Assembly (NCBI GenBank): GCA_002269645.1
Contig: NIVC01001977.1
Span: 14,041 to 78,040 of the forward strand
DNA: 64,000 bases
Direction: 5' to 3'
Origin: Macrostomum lignano
Lineage: Eukaryota
In this document: positions 37,089 to 52,000 of the stretch, piece after piece
How positions within the stretch are numbered: the stretch's first letter is position 1
Layout: each line of letters opens with the position of its first letter
Made by a program: the position numbers and the translations under genes
The notes under the pieces: model-generated
Seen by the model: the letters and a program-made list of their open reading frames with translations, nothing else
Told to the model about the DNA's origin: nothing
Database searches by the model: none

Positions 37089-40000
37089 AGTTATTAGAAG
37101 GCAACTGCGCCTCTAGCTTAAACCGTGTCTATTTGTCTAAACAAACTGACTGCGTGCAAAATACAAGTGCACGGAAGCAGAATAACACGCCGTGAGCGTA
37201 TTTTCGAACGCCTGTGCATGCGCGAGACTGCTTGGTGTAGTTATTAGAAGGCAACTGCGCCTCTAGCTTAAACCGTGTCTATTTGTCTAAACAAACTGAC
37301 TGCGTGCAAAATACAAGTGCACGGAAGCAGAATAACACGCCGTGAGCGTATTTTCGAACGCCTGTGCATGCGCGAGACTGCTTGGTGTAGTTATTAGAAG
37401 GCAACTGCGCCTCTAGCTTAAACCGTGTCTATTTGTCTAAACAAACTGACTGCGTGCAAAATACAAGTGCACGGAAGCAGAATAACACGCCGTGAGCGTA
37501 TTTTCGAACGCCTGTGCATGCGCGAGACTGCTTGGTGTAGTTATTAGAAGGCAACTGCGCCTCTAGCTTAAACCGTGTCTATTTGTCTAAACAAACTGAC
37601 TGCGTGCAAAATACAAGTGCACGGAAGCAGAATAACACGCCGTGAGCGTATTTTCGAACGCCTGTGCATGCGCGAGACTGCTTGGTGTAGTTATTAGAAG
37701 GCAACTGCGCCTCTAGCTTAAACCGTGTCTATTTGTCTAAACAAACTGACTGCGTGCAAAATACAAGTGCACGGAAGCAGAATAACACGCCGTGAGCGTA
37801 TTTTCGAACGCCTGTGCATGCGCGAGACTGCTTGGTGTAGTTATTAGAAGGCAACTGCGCCTCTAGCTTAAACCGTGTCTATTTGTCTAAACAAACTGAC
37901 TGCGTGCAAAATACAAGTGCACGGAAGCAGAATAACACGCCGTGAGCGTATTTTCGAACGCCTGTGCATGCGCGAGACTGCTTGGTGTAGTTATTAGAAG
38001 GCAACTGCGCCTCTAGCTTAAACCGTGTCTATTTGTCTAAACAAACTGACTGCGTGCAAAATACAAGTGCACGGAAGCAGAATAACACGCCGTGAGCGTA
38101 TTTTCGAACGCCTGTGCATGCGCGAGACTGCTTGGTGTAGTTATTAGAAGGCAACTGCGCCTCTAGCTTAAACCGTGTCTATTTGTCTAAACAAACTGAC
38201 TGCGTGCAAAATACAAGTGCACGGAAGCAGAATAACACGCCGTGAGCGTATTTTCGAACGCCTGTGCATGCGCGAGACTGCTTGGTGTAGTTATTAGAAG
38301 GCAACTGCGCCTCTAGCTTAAACCGTGTCTATTTGTCTAAACAAACTGACTGCGTGCAAAATACAAGTGCACGGAAGCAGAATAACACGCCGTGAGCGTA
38401 TTTTCGAACGCCTGTGCATGCGCGAGACTGCTTGGTGTAGTTATTAGAAGGCAACTGCGCCTCTAGCTTAAACCGTGTCTATTTGTCTAAACAAACTGAC
38501 TGCGTGCAAAATACAAGTGCACGGAAGCAGAATAACACGCCGTGAGCGTATTTTCGAACGCCTGTGCATGCGCGAGACTGCTTGGTGTAGTTATTAGAAG
38601 GCAACTGCGCCTCTAGCTTAAACCGTGTCTATTTGTCTAAACAAACTGACTGCGTGCAAAATACAAGTGCACGGAAGCAGAATAACACGCCGTGAGCGTA
38701 TTTTCGAACGCCTGTGCATGCGCGAGACTGCTTGGTGTAGTTATTAGAAGGCAACTGCGCCTCTAGCTTAAACCGTGTCTATTTGTCTAAACAAACTGAC
38801 TGCGTGCAAAATACAAGTGCACGGAAGCAGAATAACACGCCGTGAGCGTATTTTCGAACGCCTGTGCATGCGCGAGACTGCTTGGTGTAGTTATTAGAAG
38901 GCAACTGCGCCTCTAGCTTAAACCGTGTCTATTTGTCTAAACAAACTGACTGCGTGCAAAATACAAGTGCACGGAAGCAGAATAACACGCCGTGAGCGTA
39001 TTTTCGAACGCCTGTGCATGCGCGAGACTGCTTGGTGTAGTTATTAGAAGGCAACTGCGCCTCTAGCTTAAACCGTGTCTATTTGTCTAAACAAACTGAC
39101 TGCGTGCAAAATACAAGTGCACGGAAGCAGAATAACACGCCGTGAGCGTATTTTCGAACGCCTGTGCATGCGCGAGACTGCTTGGTGTAGTTATTAGAAG
39201 GCAACTGCGCCTCTAGCTTAAACCGTGTCTATTTGTCTAAACAAACTGACTGCGTGCAAAATACAAGTGCACGGAAGCAGAATAACACGCCGTGAGCGTA
39301 TTTTCGAACGCCTGTGCATGCGCGAGACTGCTTGGTGTAGTTATTAGAAGGCAACTGCGCCTCTAGCTTAAACCGTGTCTATTTGTCTAAACAAACTGAC
39401 TGCGTGCAAAATACAAGTGCACGGAAGCAGAATAACACGCCGTGAGCGTATTTTCGAACGCCTGTGCATGCGCGAGACTGCTTGGTGTAGTTATTAGAAG
39501 GCAACTGCGCCTCTAGCTTAAACCGTGTCTATTTGTCTAAACAAACTGACTGCGTGCAAAATACAAGTGCACGGAAGCAGAATAACACGCCGTGAGCGTA
39601 TTTTCGAACGCCTGTGCATGCGCGAGACTGCTTGGTGTAGTTATTAGAAGGCAACTGCGCCTCTAGCTTAAACCGTGTCTATTTGTCTAAACAAACTGAC
39701 TGCGTGCAAAATACAAGTGCACGGAAGCAGAATAACACGCCGTGAGCGTATTTTCGAACGCCTGTGCATGCGCGAGACTGCTTGGTGTAGTTATTAGAAG
39801 GCAACTGCGCCTCTAGCTTAAACCGTGTCTATTTGTCTAAACAAACTGACTGCGTGCAAAATACAAGTGCACGGAAGCAGAATAACACGCCGTGAGCGTA
39901 TTTTCGAACGCCTGTGCATGCGCGAGACTGCTTGGTGTAGTTATTAGAAGGCAACTGCGCCTCTAGCTTAAACCGTGTCTATTTGTCTAAACAAACTGAC

Positions 40001-43000
40001 TGCGTGCAAAATACAAGTGCACGGAAGCAGAATAACACGCCGTGAGCGTATTTTCGAACGCCTGTGCATGCGCGAGACTGCTTGGTGTAGTTATTAGAAG
40101 GCAACTGCGCCTCTAGCTTAAACCGTGTCTATTTGTCTAAACAAACTGACTGCGTGCAAAATACAAGTGCACGGAAGCAGAATAACACGCCGTGAGCGTA
40201 TTTTCGAACGCCTGTGCATGCGCGAGACTGCTTGGTGTAGTTATTAGAAGGCAACTGCGCCTCTAGCTTAAACCGTGTCTATTTGTCTAAACAAACTGAC
40301 TGCGTGCAAAATACAAGTGCACGGAAGCAGAATAACACGCCGTGAGCGTATTTTCGAACGCCTGTGCATGCGCGAGACTGCTTGGTGTAGTTATTAGAAG
40401 GCAACTGCGCCTCTAGCTTAAACCGTGTCTATTTGTCTAAACAAACTGACTGCGTGCAAAATACAAGTGCACGGAAGCAGAATAACACGCCGTGAGCGTA
40501 TTTTCGAACGCCTGTGCATGCGCGAGACTGCTTGGTGTAGTTATTAGAAGGCAACTGCGCCTCTAGCTTAAACCGTGTCTATTTGTCTAAACAAACTGAC
40601 TGCGTGCAAAATACAAGTGCACGGAAGCAGAATAACACGCCGTGAGCGTATTTTCGAACGCCTGTGCATGCGCGAGACTGCTTGGTGTAGTTATTAGAAG
40701 GCAACTGCGCCTCTAGCTTAAACCGTGTCTATTTGTCTAAACAAACTGACTGCGTGCAAAATACAAGTGCACGGAAGCAGAATAACACGCCGTGAGCGTA
40801 TTTTCGAACGCCTGTGCATGCGCGAGACTGCTTGGTGTAGTTATTAGAAGGCAACTGCGCCTCTAGCTTAAACCGTGTCTATTTGTCTAAACAAACTGAC
40901 TGCGTGCAAAATACAAGTGCACGGAAGCAGAATAACACGCCGTGAGCGTATTTTCGAACGCCTGTGCATGCGCGAGACTGCTTGGTGTAGTTATTAGAAG
41001 GCAACTGCGCCTCTAGCTTAAACCGTGTCTATTTGTCTAAACAAACTGACTGCGTGCAAAATACAAGTGCACGGAAGCAGAATAACACGCCGTGAGCGTA
41101 TTTTCGAACGCCTGTGCATGCGCGAGACTGCTTGGTGTAGTTATTAGAAGGCAACTGCGCCTCTAGCTTAAACCGTGTCTATTTGTCTAAACAAACTGAC
41201 TGCGTGCAAAATACAAGTGCACGGAAGCAGAATAACACGCCGTGAGCGTATTTTCGAACGCCTGTGCATGCGCGAGACTGCTTGGTGTAGTTATTAGAAG
41301 GCAACTGCGCCTCTAGCTTAAACCGTGTCTATTTGTCTAAACAAACTGACTGCGTGCAAAATACAAGTGCACGGAAGCAGAATAACACGCCGTGAGCGTA
41401 TTTTCGAACGCCTGTGCATGCGCGAGACTGCTTGGTGTAGTTATTAGAAGGCAACTGCGCCTCTAGCTTAAACCGTGTCTATTTGTCTAAACAAACTGAC
41501 TGCGTGCAAAATACAAGTGCACGGAAGCAGAATAACACGCCGTGAGCGTATTTTCGAACGCCTGTGCATGCGCGAGACTGCTTGGTGTAGTTATTAGAAG
41601 GCAACTGCGCCTCTAGCTTAAACCGTGTCTATTTGTCTAAACAAACTGACTGCGTGCAAAATACAAGTGCACGGAAGCAGAATAACACGCCGTGAGCGTA
41701 TTTTCGAACGCCTGTGCATGCGCGAGACTGCTTGGTGTAGTTATTAGAAGGCAACTGCGCCTCTAGCTTAAACCGTGTCTATTTGTCTAAACAAACTGAC
41801 TGCGTGCAAAATACAAGTGCACGGAAGCAGAATAACACGCCGTGAGCGTATTTTCGAACGCCTGTGCATGCGCGAGACTGCTTGGTGTAGTTATTAGAAG
41901 GCAACTGCGCCTCTAGCTTAAACCGTGTCTATTTGTCTAAACAAACTGACTGCGTGCAAAATACAAGTGCACGGAAGCAGAATAACACGCCGTGAGCGTA
42001 TTTTCGAACGCCTGTGCATGCGCGAGACTGCTTGGTGTAGTTATTAGAAGGCAACTGCGCCTCTAGCTTAAACCGTGTCTATTTGTCTAAACAAACTGAC
42101 TGCGTGCAAAATACAAGTGCACGGAAGCAGAATAACACGCCGTGAGCGTATTTTCGAACGCCTGTGCATGCGCGAGACTGCTTGGTGTAGTTATTAGAAG
42201 GCAACTGCGCCTCTAGCTTAAACCGTGTCTATTTGTCTAAACAAACTGACTGCGTGCAAAATACAAGTGCACGGAAGCAGAATAACACGCCGTGAGCGTA
42301 TTTTCGAACGCCTGTGCATGCGCGAGACTGCTTGGTGTAGTTATTAGAAGGCAACTGCGCCTCTAGCTTAAACCGTGTCTATTTGTCTAAACAAACTGAC
42401 TGCGTGCAAAATACAAGTGCACGGAAGCAGAATAACACGCCGTGAGCGTATTTTCGAACGCCTGTGCATGCGCGAGACTGCTTGGTGTAGTTATTAGAAG
42501 GCAACTGCGCCTCTAGCTTAAACCGTGTCTATTTGTCTAAACAAACTGACTGCGTGCAAAATACAAGTGCACGGAAGCAGAATAACACGCCGTGAGCGTA
42601 TTTTCGAACGCCTGTGCATGCGCGAGACTGCTTGGTGTAGTTATTAGAAGGCAACTGCGCCTCTAGCTTAAACCGTGTCTATTTGTCTAAACAAACTGAC
42701 TGCGTGCAAAATACAAGTGCACGGAAGCAGAATAACACGCCGTGAGCGTATTTTCGAACGCCTGTGCATGCGCGAGACTGCTTGGTGTAGTTATTAGAAG
42801 GCAACTGCGCCTCTAGCTTAAACCGTGTCTATTTGTCTAAACAAACTGACTGCGTGCAAAATACAAGTGCACGGAAGCAGAATAACACGCCGTGAGCGTA
42901 TTTTCGAACGCCTGTGCATGCGCGAGACTGCTTGGTGTAGTTATTAGAAGGCAACTGCGCCTCTAGCTTAAACCGTGTCTATTTGTCTAAACAAACTGAC

Positions 43001-46000
43001 TGCGTGCAAAATACAAGTGCACGGAAGCAGAATAACACGCCGTGAGCGTATTTTCGAACGCCTGTGCATGCGCGAGACTGCTTGGTGTAGTTATTAGAAG
43101 GCAACTGCGCCTCTAGCTTAAACCGTGTCTATTTGTCTAAACAAACTGACTGCGTGCAAAATACAAGTGCACGGAAGCAGAATAACACGCCGTGAGCGTA
43201 TTTTCGAACGCCTGTGCATGCGCGAGACTGCTTGGTGTAGTTATTAGAAGGCAACTGCGCCTCTAGCTTAAACCGTGTCTATTTGTCTAAACAAACTGAC
43301 TGCGTGCAAAATACAAGTGCACGGAAGCAGAATAACACGCCGTGAGCGTATTTTCGAACGCCTGTGCATGCGCGAGACTGCTTGGTGTAGTTATTAGAAG
43401 GCAACTGCGCCTCTAGCTTAAACCGTGTCTATTTGTCTAAACAAACTGACTGCGTGCAAAATACAAGTGCACGGAAGCAGAATAACACGCCGTGAGCGTA
43501 TTTTCGAACGCCTGTGCATGCGCGAGACTGCTTGGTGTAGTTATTAGAAGGCAACTGCGCCTCTAGCTTAAACCGTGTCTATTTGTCTAAACAAACTGAC
43601 TGCGTGCAAAATACAAGTGCACGGAAGCAGAATAACACGCCGTGAGCGTATTTTCGAACGCCTGTGCATGCGCGAGACTGCTTGGTGTAGTTATTAGAAG
43701 GCAACTGCGCCTCTAGCTTAAACCGTGTCTATTTGTCTAAACAAACTGACTGCGTGCAAAATACAAGTGCACGGAAGCAGAATAACACGCCGTGAGCGTA
43801 TTTTCGAACGCCTGTGCATGCGCGAGACTGCTTGGTGTAGTTATTAGAAGGCAACTGCGCCTCTAGCTTAAACCGTGTCTATTTGTCTAAACAAACTGAC
43901 TGCGTGCAAAATACAAGTGCACGGAAGCAGAATAACACGCCGTGAGCGTATTTTCGAACGCCTGTGCATGCGCGAGACTGCTTGGTGTAGTTATTAGAAG
44001 GCAACTGCGCCTCTAGCTTAAACCGTGTCTATTTGTCTAAACAAACTGACTGCGTGCAAAATACAAGTGCACGGAAGCAGAATAACACGCCGTGAGCGTA
44101 TTTTCGAACGCCTGTGCATGCGCGAGACTGCTTGGTGTAGTTATTAGAAGGCAACTGCGCCTCTAGCTTAAACCGTGTCTATTTGTCTAAACAAACTGAC
44201 TGCGTGCAAAATACAAGTGCACGGAAGCAGAATAACACGCCGTGAGCGTATTTTCGAACGCCTGTGCATGCGCGAGACTGCTTGGTGTAGTTATTAGAAG
44301 GCAACTGCGCCTCTAGCTTAAACCGTGTCTATTTGTCTAAACAAACTGACTGCGTGCAAAATACAAGTGCACGGAAGCAGAATAACACGCCGTGAGCGTA
44401 TTTTCGAACGCCTGTGCATGCGCGAGACTGCTTGGTGTAGTTATTAGAAGGCAACTGCGCCTCTAGCTTAAACCGTGTCTATTTGTCTAAACAAACTGAC
44501 TGCGTGCAAAATACAAGTGCACGGAAGCAGAATAACACGCCGTGAGCGTATTTTCGAACGCCTGTGCATGCGCGAGACTGCTTGGTGTAGTTATTAGAAG
44601 GCAACTGCGCCTCTAGCTTAAACCGTGTCTATTTGTCTAAACAAACTGACTGCGTGCAAAATACAAGTGCACGGAAGCAGAATAACACGCCGTGAGCGTA
44701 TTTTCGAACGCCTGTGCATGCGCGAGACTGCTTGGTGTAGTTATTAGAAGGCAACTGCGCCTCTAGCTTAAACCGTGTCTATTTGTCTAAACAAACTGAC
44801 TGCGTGCAAAATACAAGTGCACGGAAGCAGAATAACACGCCGTGAGCGTATTTTCGAACGCCTGTGCATGCGCGAGACTGCTTGGTGTAGTTATTAGAAG
44901 GCAACTGCGCCTCTAGCTTAAACCGTGTCTATTTGTCTAAACAAACTGACTGCGTGCAAAATACAAGTGCACGGAAGCAGAATAACACGCCGTGAGCGTA
45001 TTTTCGAACGCCTGTGCATGCGCGAGACTGCTTGGTGTAGTTATTAGAAGGCAACTGCGCCTCTAGCTTAAACCGTGTCTATTTGTCTAAACAAACTGAC
45101 TGCGTGCAAAATACAAGTGCACGGAAGCAGAATAACACGCCGTGAGCGTATTTTCGAACGCCTGTGCATGCGCGAGACTGCTTGGTGTAGTTATTAGAAG
45201 GCAACTGCGCCTCTAGCTTAAACCGTGTCTATTTGTCTAAACAAACTGACTGCGTGCAAAATACAAGTGCACGGAAGCAGAATAACACGCCGTGAGCGTA
45301 TTTTCGAACGCCTGTGCATGCGCGAGACTGCTTGGTGTAGTTATTAGAAGGCAACTGCGCCTCTAGCTTAAACCGTGTCTATTTGTCTAAACAAACTGAC
45401 TGCGTGCAAAATACAAGTGCACGGAAGCAGAATAACACGCCGTGAGCGTATTTTCGAACGCCTGTGCATGCGCGAGACTGCTTGGTGTAGTTATTAGAAG
45501 GCAACTGCGCCTCTAGCTTAAACCGTGTCTATTTGTCTAAACAAACTGACTGCGTGCAAAATACAAGTGCACGGAAGCAGAATAACACGCCGTGAGCGTA
45601 TTTTCGAACGCCTGTGCATGCGCGAGACTGCTTGGTGTAGTTATTAGAAGGCAACTGCGCCTCTAGCTTAAACCGTGTCTATTTGTCTAAACAAACTGAC
45701 TGCGTGCAAAATACAAGTGCACGGAAGCAGAATAACACGCCGTGAGCGTATTTTCGAACGCCTGTGCATGCGCGAGACTGCTTGGTGTAGTTATTAGAAG
45801 GCAACTGCGCCTCTAGCTTAAACCGTGTCTATTTGTCTAAACAAACTGACTGCGTGCAAAATACAAGTGCACGGAAGCAGAATAACACGCCGTGAGCGTA
45901 TTTTCGAACGCCTGTGCATGCGCGAGACTGCTTGGTGTAGTTATTAGAAGGCAACTGCGCCTCTAGCTTAAACCGTGTCTATTTGTCTAAACAAACTGAC

Positions 46001-49000
46001 TGCGTGCAAAATACAAGTGCACGGAAGCAGAATAACACGCCGTGAGCGTATTTTCGAACGCCTGTGCATGCGCGAGACTGCTTGGTGTAGTTATTAGAAG
46101 GCAACTGCGCCTCTAGCTTAAACCGTGTCTATTTGTCTAAACAAACTGACTGCGTGCAAAATACAAGTGCACGGAAGCAGAATAACACGCCGTGAGCGTA
46201 TTTTCGAACGCCTGTGCATGCGCGAGACTGCTTGGTGTAGTTATTAGAAGGCAACTGCGCCTCTAGCTTAAACCGTGTCTATTTGTCTAAACAAACTGAC
46301 TGCGTGCAAAATACAAGTGCACGGAAGCAGAATAACACGCCGTGAGCGTATTTTCGAACGCCTGTGCATGCGCGAGACTGCTTGGTGTAGTTATTAGAAG
46401 GCAACTGCGCCTCTAGCTTAAACCGTGTCTATTTGTCTAAACAAACTGACTGCGTGCAAAATACAAGTGCACGGAAGCAGAATAACACGCCGTGAGCGTA
46501 TTTTCGAACGCCTGTGCATGCGCGAGACTGCTTGGTGTAGTTATTAGAAGGCAACTGCGCCTCTAGCTTAAACCGTGTCTATTTGTCTAAACAAACTGAC
46601 TGCGTGCAAAATACAAGTGCACGGAAGCAGAATAACACGCCGTGAGCGTATTTTCGAACGCCTGTGCATGCGCGAGACTGCTTGGTGTAGTTATTAGAAG
46701 GCAACTGCGCCTCTAGCTTAAACCGTGTCTATTTGTCTAAACAAACTGACTGCGTGCAAAATACAAGTGCACGGAAGCAGAATAACACGCCGTGAGCGTA
46801 TTTTCGAACGCCTGTGCATGCGCGAGACTGCTTGGTGTAGTTATTAGAAGGCAACTGCGCCTCTAGCTTAAACCGTGTCTATTTGTCTAAACAAACTGAC
46901 TGCGTGCAAAATACAAGTGCACGGAAGCAGAATAACACGCCGTGAGCGTATTTTCGAACGCCTGTGCATGCGCGAGACTGCTTGGTGTAGTTATTAGAAG
47001 GCAACTGCGCCTCTAGCTTAAACCGTGTCTATTTGTCTAAACAAACTGACTGCGTGCAAAATACAAGTGCACGGAAGCAGAATAACACGCCGTGAGCGTA
47101 TTTTCGAACGCCTGTGCATGCGCGAGACTGCTTGGTGTAGTTATTAGAAGGCAACTGCGCCTCTAGCTTAAACCGTGTCTATTTGTCTAAACAAACTGAC
47201 TGCGTGCAAAATACAAGTGCACGGAAGCAGAATAACACGCCGTGAGCGTATTTTCGAACGCCTGTGCATGCGCGAGACTGCTTGGTGTAGTTATTAGAAG
47301 GCAACTGCGCCTCTAGCTTAAACCGTGTCTATTTGTCTAAACAAACTGACTGCGTGCAAAATACAAGTGCACGGAAGCAGAATAACACGCCGTGAGCGTA
47401 TTTTCGAACGCCTGTGCATGCGCGAGACTGCTTGGTGTAGTTATTAGAAGGCAACTGCGCCTCTAGCTTAAACCGTGTCTATTTGTCTAAACAAACTGAC
47501 TGCGTGCAAAATACAAGTGCACGGAAGCAGAATAACACGCCGTGAGCGTATTTTCGAACGCCTGTGCATGCGCGAGACTGCTTGGTGTAGTTATTAGAAG
47601 GCAACTGCGCCTCTAGCTTAAACCGTGTCTATTTGTCTAAACAAACTGACTGCGTGCAAAATACAAGTGCACGGAAGCAGAATAACACGCCGTGAGCGTA
47701 TTTTCGAACGCCTGTGCATGCGCGAGACTGCTTGGTGTAGTTATTAGAAGGCAACTGCGCCTCTAGCTTAAACCGTGTCTATTTGTCTAAACAAACTGAC
47801 TGCGTGCAAAATACAAGTGCACGGAAGCAGAATAACACGCCGTGAGCGTATTTTCGAACGCCTGTGCATGCGCGAGACTGCTTGGTGTAGTTATTAGAAG
47901 GCAACTGCGCCTCTAGCTTAAACCGTGTCTATTTGTCTAAACAAACTGACTGCGTGCAAAATACAAGTGCACGGAAGCAGAATAACACGCCGTGAGCGTA
48001 TTTTCGAACGCCTGTGCATGCGCGAGACTGCTTGGTGTAGTTATTAGAAGGCAACTGCGCCTCTAGCTTAAACCGTGTCTATTTGTCTAAACAAACTGAC
48101 TGCGTGCAAAATACAAGTGCACGGAAGCAGAATAACACGCCGTGAGCGTATTTTCGAACGCCTGTGCATGCGCGAGACTGCTTGGTGTAGTTATTAGAAG
48201 GCAACTGCGCCTCTAGCTTAAACCGTGTCTATTTGTCTAAACAAACTGACTGCGTGCAAAATACAAGTGCACGGAAGCAGAATAACACGCCGTGAGCGTA
48301 TTTTCGAACGCCTGTGCATGCGCGAGACTGCTTGGTGTAGTTATTAGAAGGCAACTGCGCCTCTAGCTTAAACCGTGTCTATTTGTCTAAACAAACTGAC
48401 TGCGTGCAAAATACAAGTGCACGGAAGCAGAATAACACGCCGTGAGCGTATTTTCGAACGCCTGTGCATGCGCGAGACTGCTTGGTGTAGTTATTAGAAG
48501 GCAACTGCGCCTCTAGCTTAAACCGTGTCTATTTGTCTAAACAAACTGACTGCGTGCAAAATACAAGTGCACGGAAGCAGAATAACACGCCGTGAGCGTA
48601 TTTTCGAACGCCTGTGCATGCGCGAGACTGCTTGGTGTAGTTATTAGAAGGCAACTGCGCCTCTAGCTTAAACCGTGTCTATTTGTCTAAACAAACTGAC
48701 TGCGTGCAAAATACAAGTGCACGGAAGCAGAATAACACGCCGTGAGCGTATTTTCGAACGCCTGTGCATGCGCGAGACTGCTTGGTGTAGTTATTAGAAG
48801 GCAACTGCGCCTCTAGCTTAAACCGTGTCTATTTGTCTAAACAAACTGACTGCGTGCAAAATACAAGTGCACGGAAGCAGAATAACACGCCGTGAGCGTA
48901 TTTTCGAACGCCTGTGCATGCGCGAGACTGCTTGGTGTAGTTATTAGAAGGCAACTGCGCCTCTAGCTTAAACCGTGTCTATTTGTCTAAACAAACTGAC

Positions 49001-52000
49001 TGCGTGCAAAATACAAGTGCACGGAAGCAGAATAACACGCCGTGAGCGTATTTTCGAACGCCTGTGCATGCGCGAGACTGCTTGGTGTAGTTATTAGAAG
49101 GCAACTGCGCCTCTAGCTTAAACCGTGTCTATTTGTCTAAACAAACTGACTGCGTGCAAAATACAAGTGCACGGAAGCAGAATAACACGCCGTGAGCGTA
49201 TTTTCGAACGCCTGTGCATGCGCGAGACTGCTTGGTGTAGTTATTAGAAGGCAACTGCGCCTCTAGCTTAAACCGTGTCTATTTGTCTAAACAAACTGAC
49301 TGCGTGCAAAATACAAGTGCACGGAAGCAGAATAACACGCCGTGAGCGTATTTTCGAACGCCTGTGCATGCGCGAGACTGCTTGGTGTAGTTATTAGAAG
49401 GCAACTGCGCCTCTAGCTTAAACCGTGTCTATTTGTCTAAACAAACTGACTGCGTGCAAAATACAAGTGCACGGAAGCAGAATAACACGCCGTGAGCGTA
49501 TTTTCGAACGCCTGTGCATGCGCGAGACTGCTTGGTGTAGTTATTAGAAGGCAACTGCGCCTCTAGCTTAAACCGTGTCTATTTGTCTAAACAAACTGAC
49601 TGCGTGCAAAATACAAGTGCACGGAAGCAGAATAACACGCCGTGAGCGTATTTTCGAACGCCTGTGCATGCGCGAGACTGCTTGGTGTAGTTATTAGAAG
49701 GCAACTGCGCCTCTAGCTTAAACCGTGTCTATTTGTCTAAACAAACTGACTGCGTGCAAAATACAAGTGCACGGAAGCAGAATAACACGCCGTGAGCGTA
49801 TTTTCGAACGCCTGTGCATGCGCGAGACTGCTTGGTGTAGTTATTAGAAGGCAACTGCGCCTCTAGCTTAAACCGTGTCTATTTGTCTAAACAAACTGAC
49901 TGCGTGCAAAATACAAGTGCACGGAAGCAGAATAACACGCCGTGAGCGTATTTTCGAACGCCTGTGCATGCGCGAGACTGCTTGGTGTAGTTATTAGAAG
50001 GCAACTGCGCCTCTAGCTTAAACCGTGTCTATTTGTCTAAACAAACTGACTGCGTGCAAAATACAAGTGCACGGAAGCAGAATAACACGCCGTGAGCGTA
50101 TTTTCGAACGCCTGTGCATGCGCGAGACTGCTTGGTGTAGTTATTAGAAGGCAACTGCGCCTCTAGCTTAAACCGTGTCTATTTGTCTAAACAAACTGAC
50201 TGCGTGCAAAATACAAGTGCACGGAAGCAGAATAACACGCCGTGAGCGTATTTTCGAACGCCTGTGCATGCGCGAGACTGCTTGGTGTAGTTATTAGAAG
50301 GCAACTGCGCCTCTAGCTTAAACCGTGTCTATTTGTCTAAACAAACTGACTGCGTGCAAAATACAAGTGCACGGAAGCAGAATAACACGCCGTGAGCGTA
50401 TTTTCGAACGCCTGTGCATGCGCGAGACTGCTTGGTGTAGTTATTAGAAGGCAACTGCGCCTCTAGCTTAAACCGTGTCTATTTGTCTAAACAAACTGAC
50501 TGCGTGCAAAATACAAGTGCACGGAAGCAGAATAACACGCCGTGAGCGTATTTTCGAACGCCTGTGCATGCGCGAGACTGCTTGGTGTAGTTATTAGAAG
50601 GCAACTGCGCCTCTAGCTTAAACCGTGTCTATTTGTCTAAACAAACTGACTGCGTGCAAAATACAAGTGCACGGAAGCAGAATAACACGCCGTGAGCGTA
50701 TTTTCGAACGCCTGTGCATGCGCGAGACTGCTTGGTGTAGTTATTAGAAGGCAACTGCGCCTCTAGCTTAAACCGTGTCTATTTGTCTAAACAAACTGAC
50801 TGCGTGCAAAATACAAGTGCACGGAAGCAGAATAACACGCCGTGAGCGTATTTTCGAACGCCTGTGCATGCGCGAGACTGCTTGGTGTAGTTATTAGAAG
50901 GCAACTGCGCCTCTAGCTTAAACCGTGTCTATTTGTCTAAACAAACTGACTGCGTGCAAAATACAAGTGCACGGAAGCAGAATAACACGCCGTGAGCGTA
51001 TTTTCGAACGCCTGTGCATGCGCGAGACTGCTTGGTGTAGTTATTAGAAGGCAACTGCGCCTCTAGCTTAAACCGTGTCTATTTGTCTAAACAAACTGAC
51101 TGCGTGCAAAATACAAGTGCACGGAAGCAGAATAACACGCCGTGAGCGTATTTTCGAACGCCTGTGCATGCGCGAGACTGCTTGGTGTAGTTATTAGAAG
51201 GCAACTGCGCCTCTAGCTTAAACCGTGTCTATTTGTCTAAACAAACTGACTGCGTGCAAAATACAAGTGCACGGAAGCAGAATAACACGCCGTGAGCGTA
51301 TTTTCGAACGCCTGTGCATGCGCGAGACTGCTTGGTGTAGTTATTAGAAGGCAACTGCGCCTCTAGCTTAAACCGTGTCTATTTGTCTAAACAAACTGAC
51401 TGCGTGCAAAATACAAGTGCACGGAAGCAGAATAACACGCCGTGAGCGTATTTTCGAACGCCTGTGCATGCGCGAGACTGCTTGGTGTAGTTATTAGAAG
51501 GCAACTGCGCCTCTAGCTTAAACCGTGTCTATTTGTCTAAACAAACTGACTGCGTGCAAAATACAAGTGCACGGAAGCAGAATAACACGCCGTGAGCGTA
51601 TTTTCGAACGCCTGTGCATGCGCGAGACTGCTTGGTGTAGTTATTAGAAGGCAACTGCGCCTCTAGCTTAAACCGTGTCTATTTGTCTAAACAAACTGAC
51701 TGCGTGCAAAATACAAGTGCACGGAAGCAGAATAACACGCCGTGAGCGTATTTTCGAACGCCTGTGCATGCGCGAGACTGCTTGGTGTAGTTATTAGAAG
51801 GCAACTGCGCCTCTAGCTTAAACCGTGTCTATTTGTCTAAACAAACTGACTGCGTGCAAAATACAAGTGCACGGAAGCAGAATAACACGCCGTGAGCGTA
51901 TTTTCGAACGCCTGTGCATGCGCGAGACTGCTTGGTGTAGTTATTAGAAGGCAACTGCGCCTCTAGCTTAAACCGTGTCTATTTGTCTAAACAAACTGAC

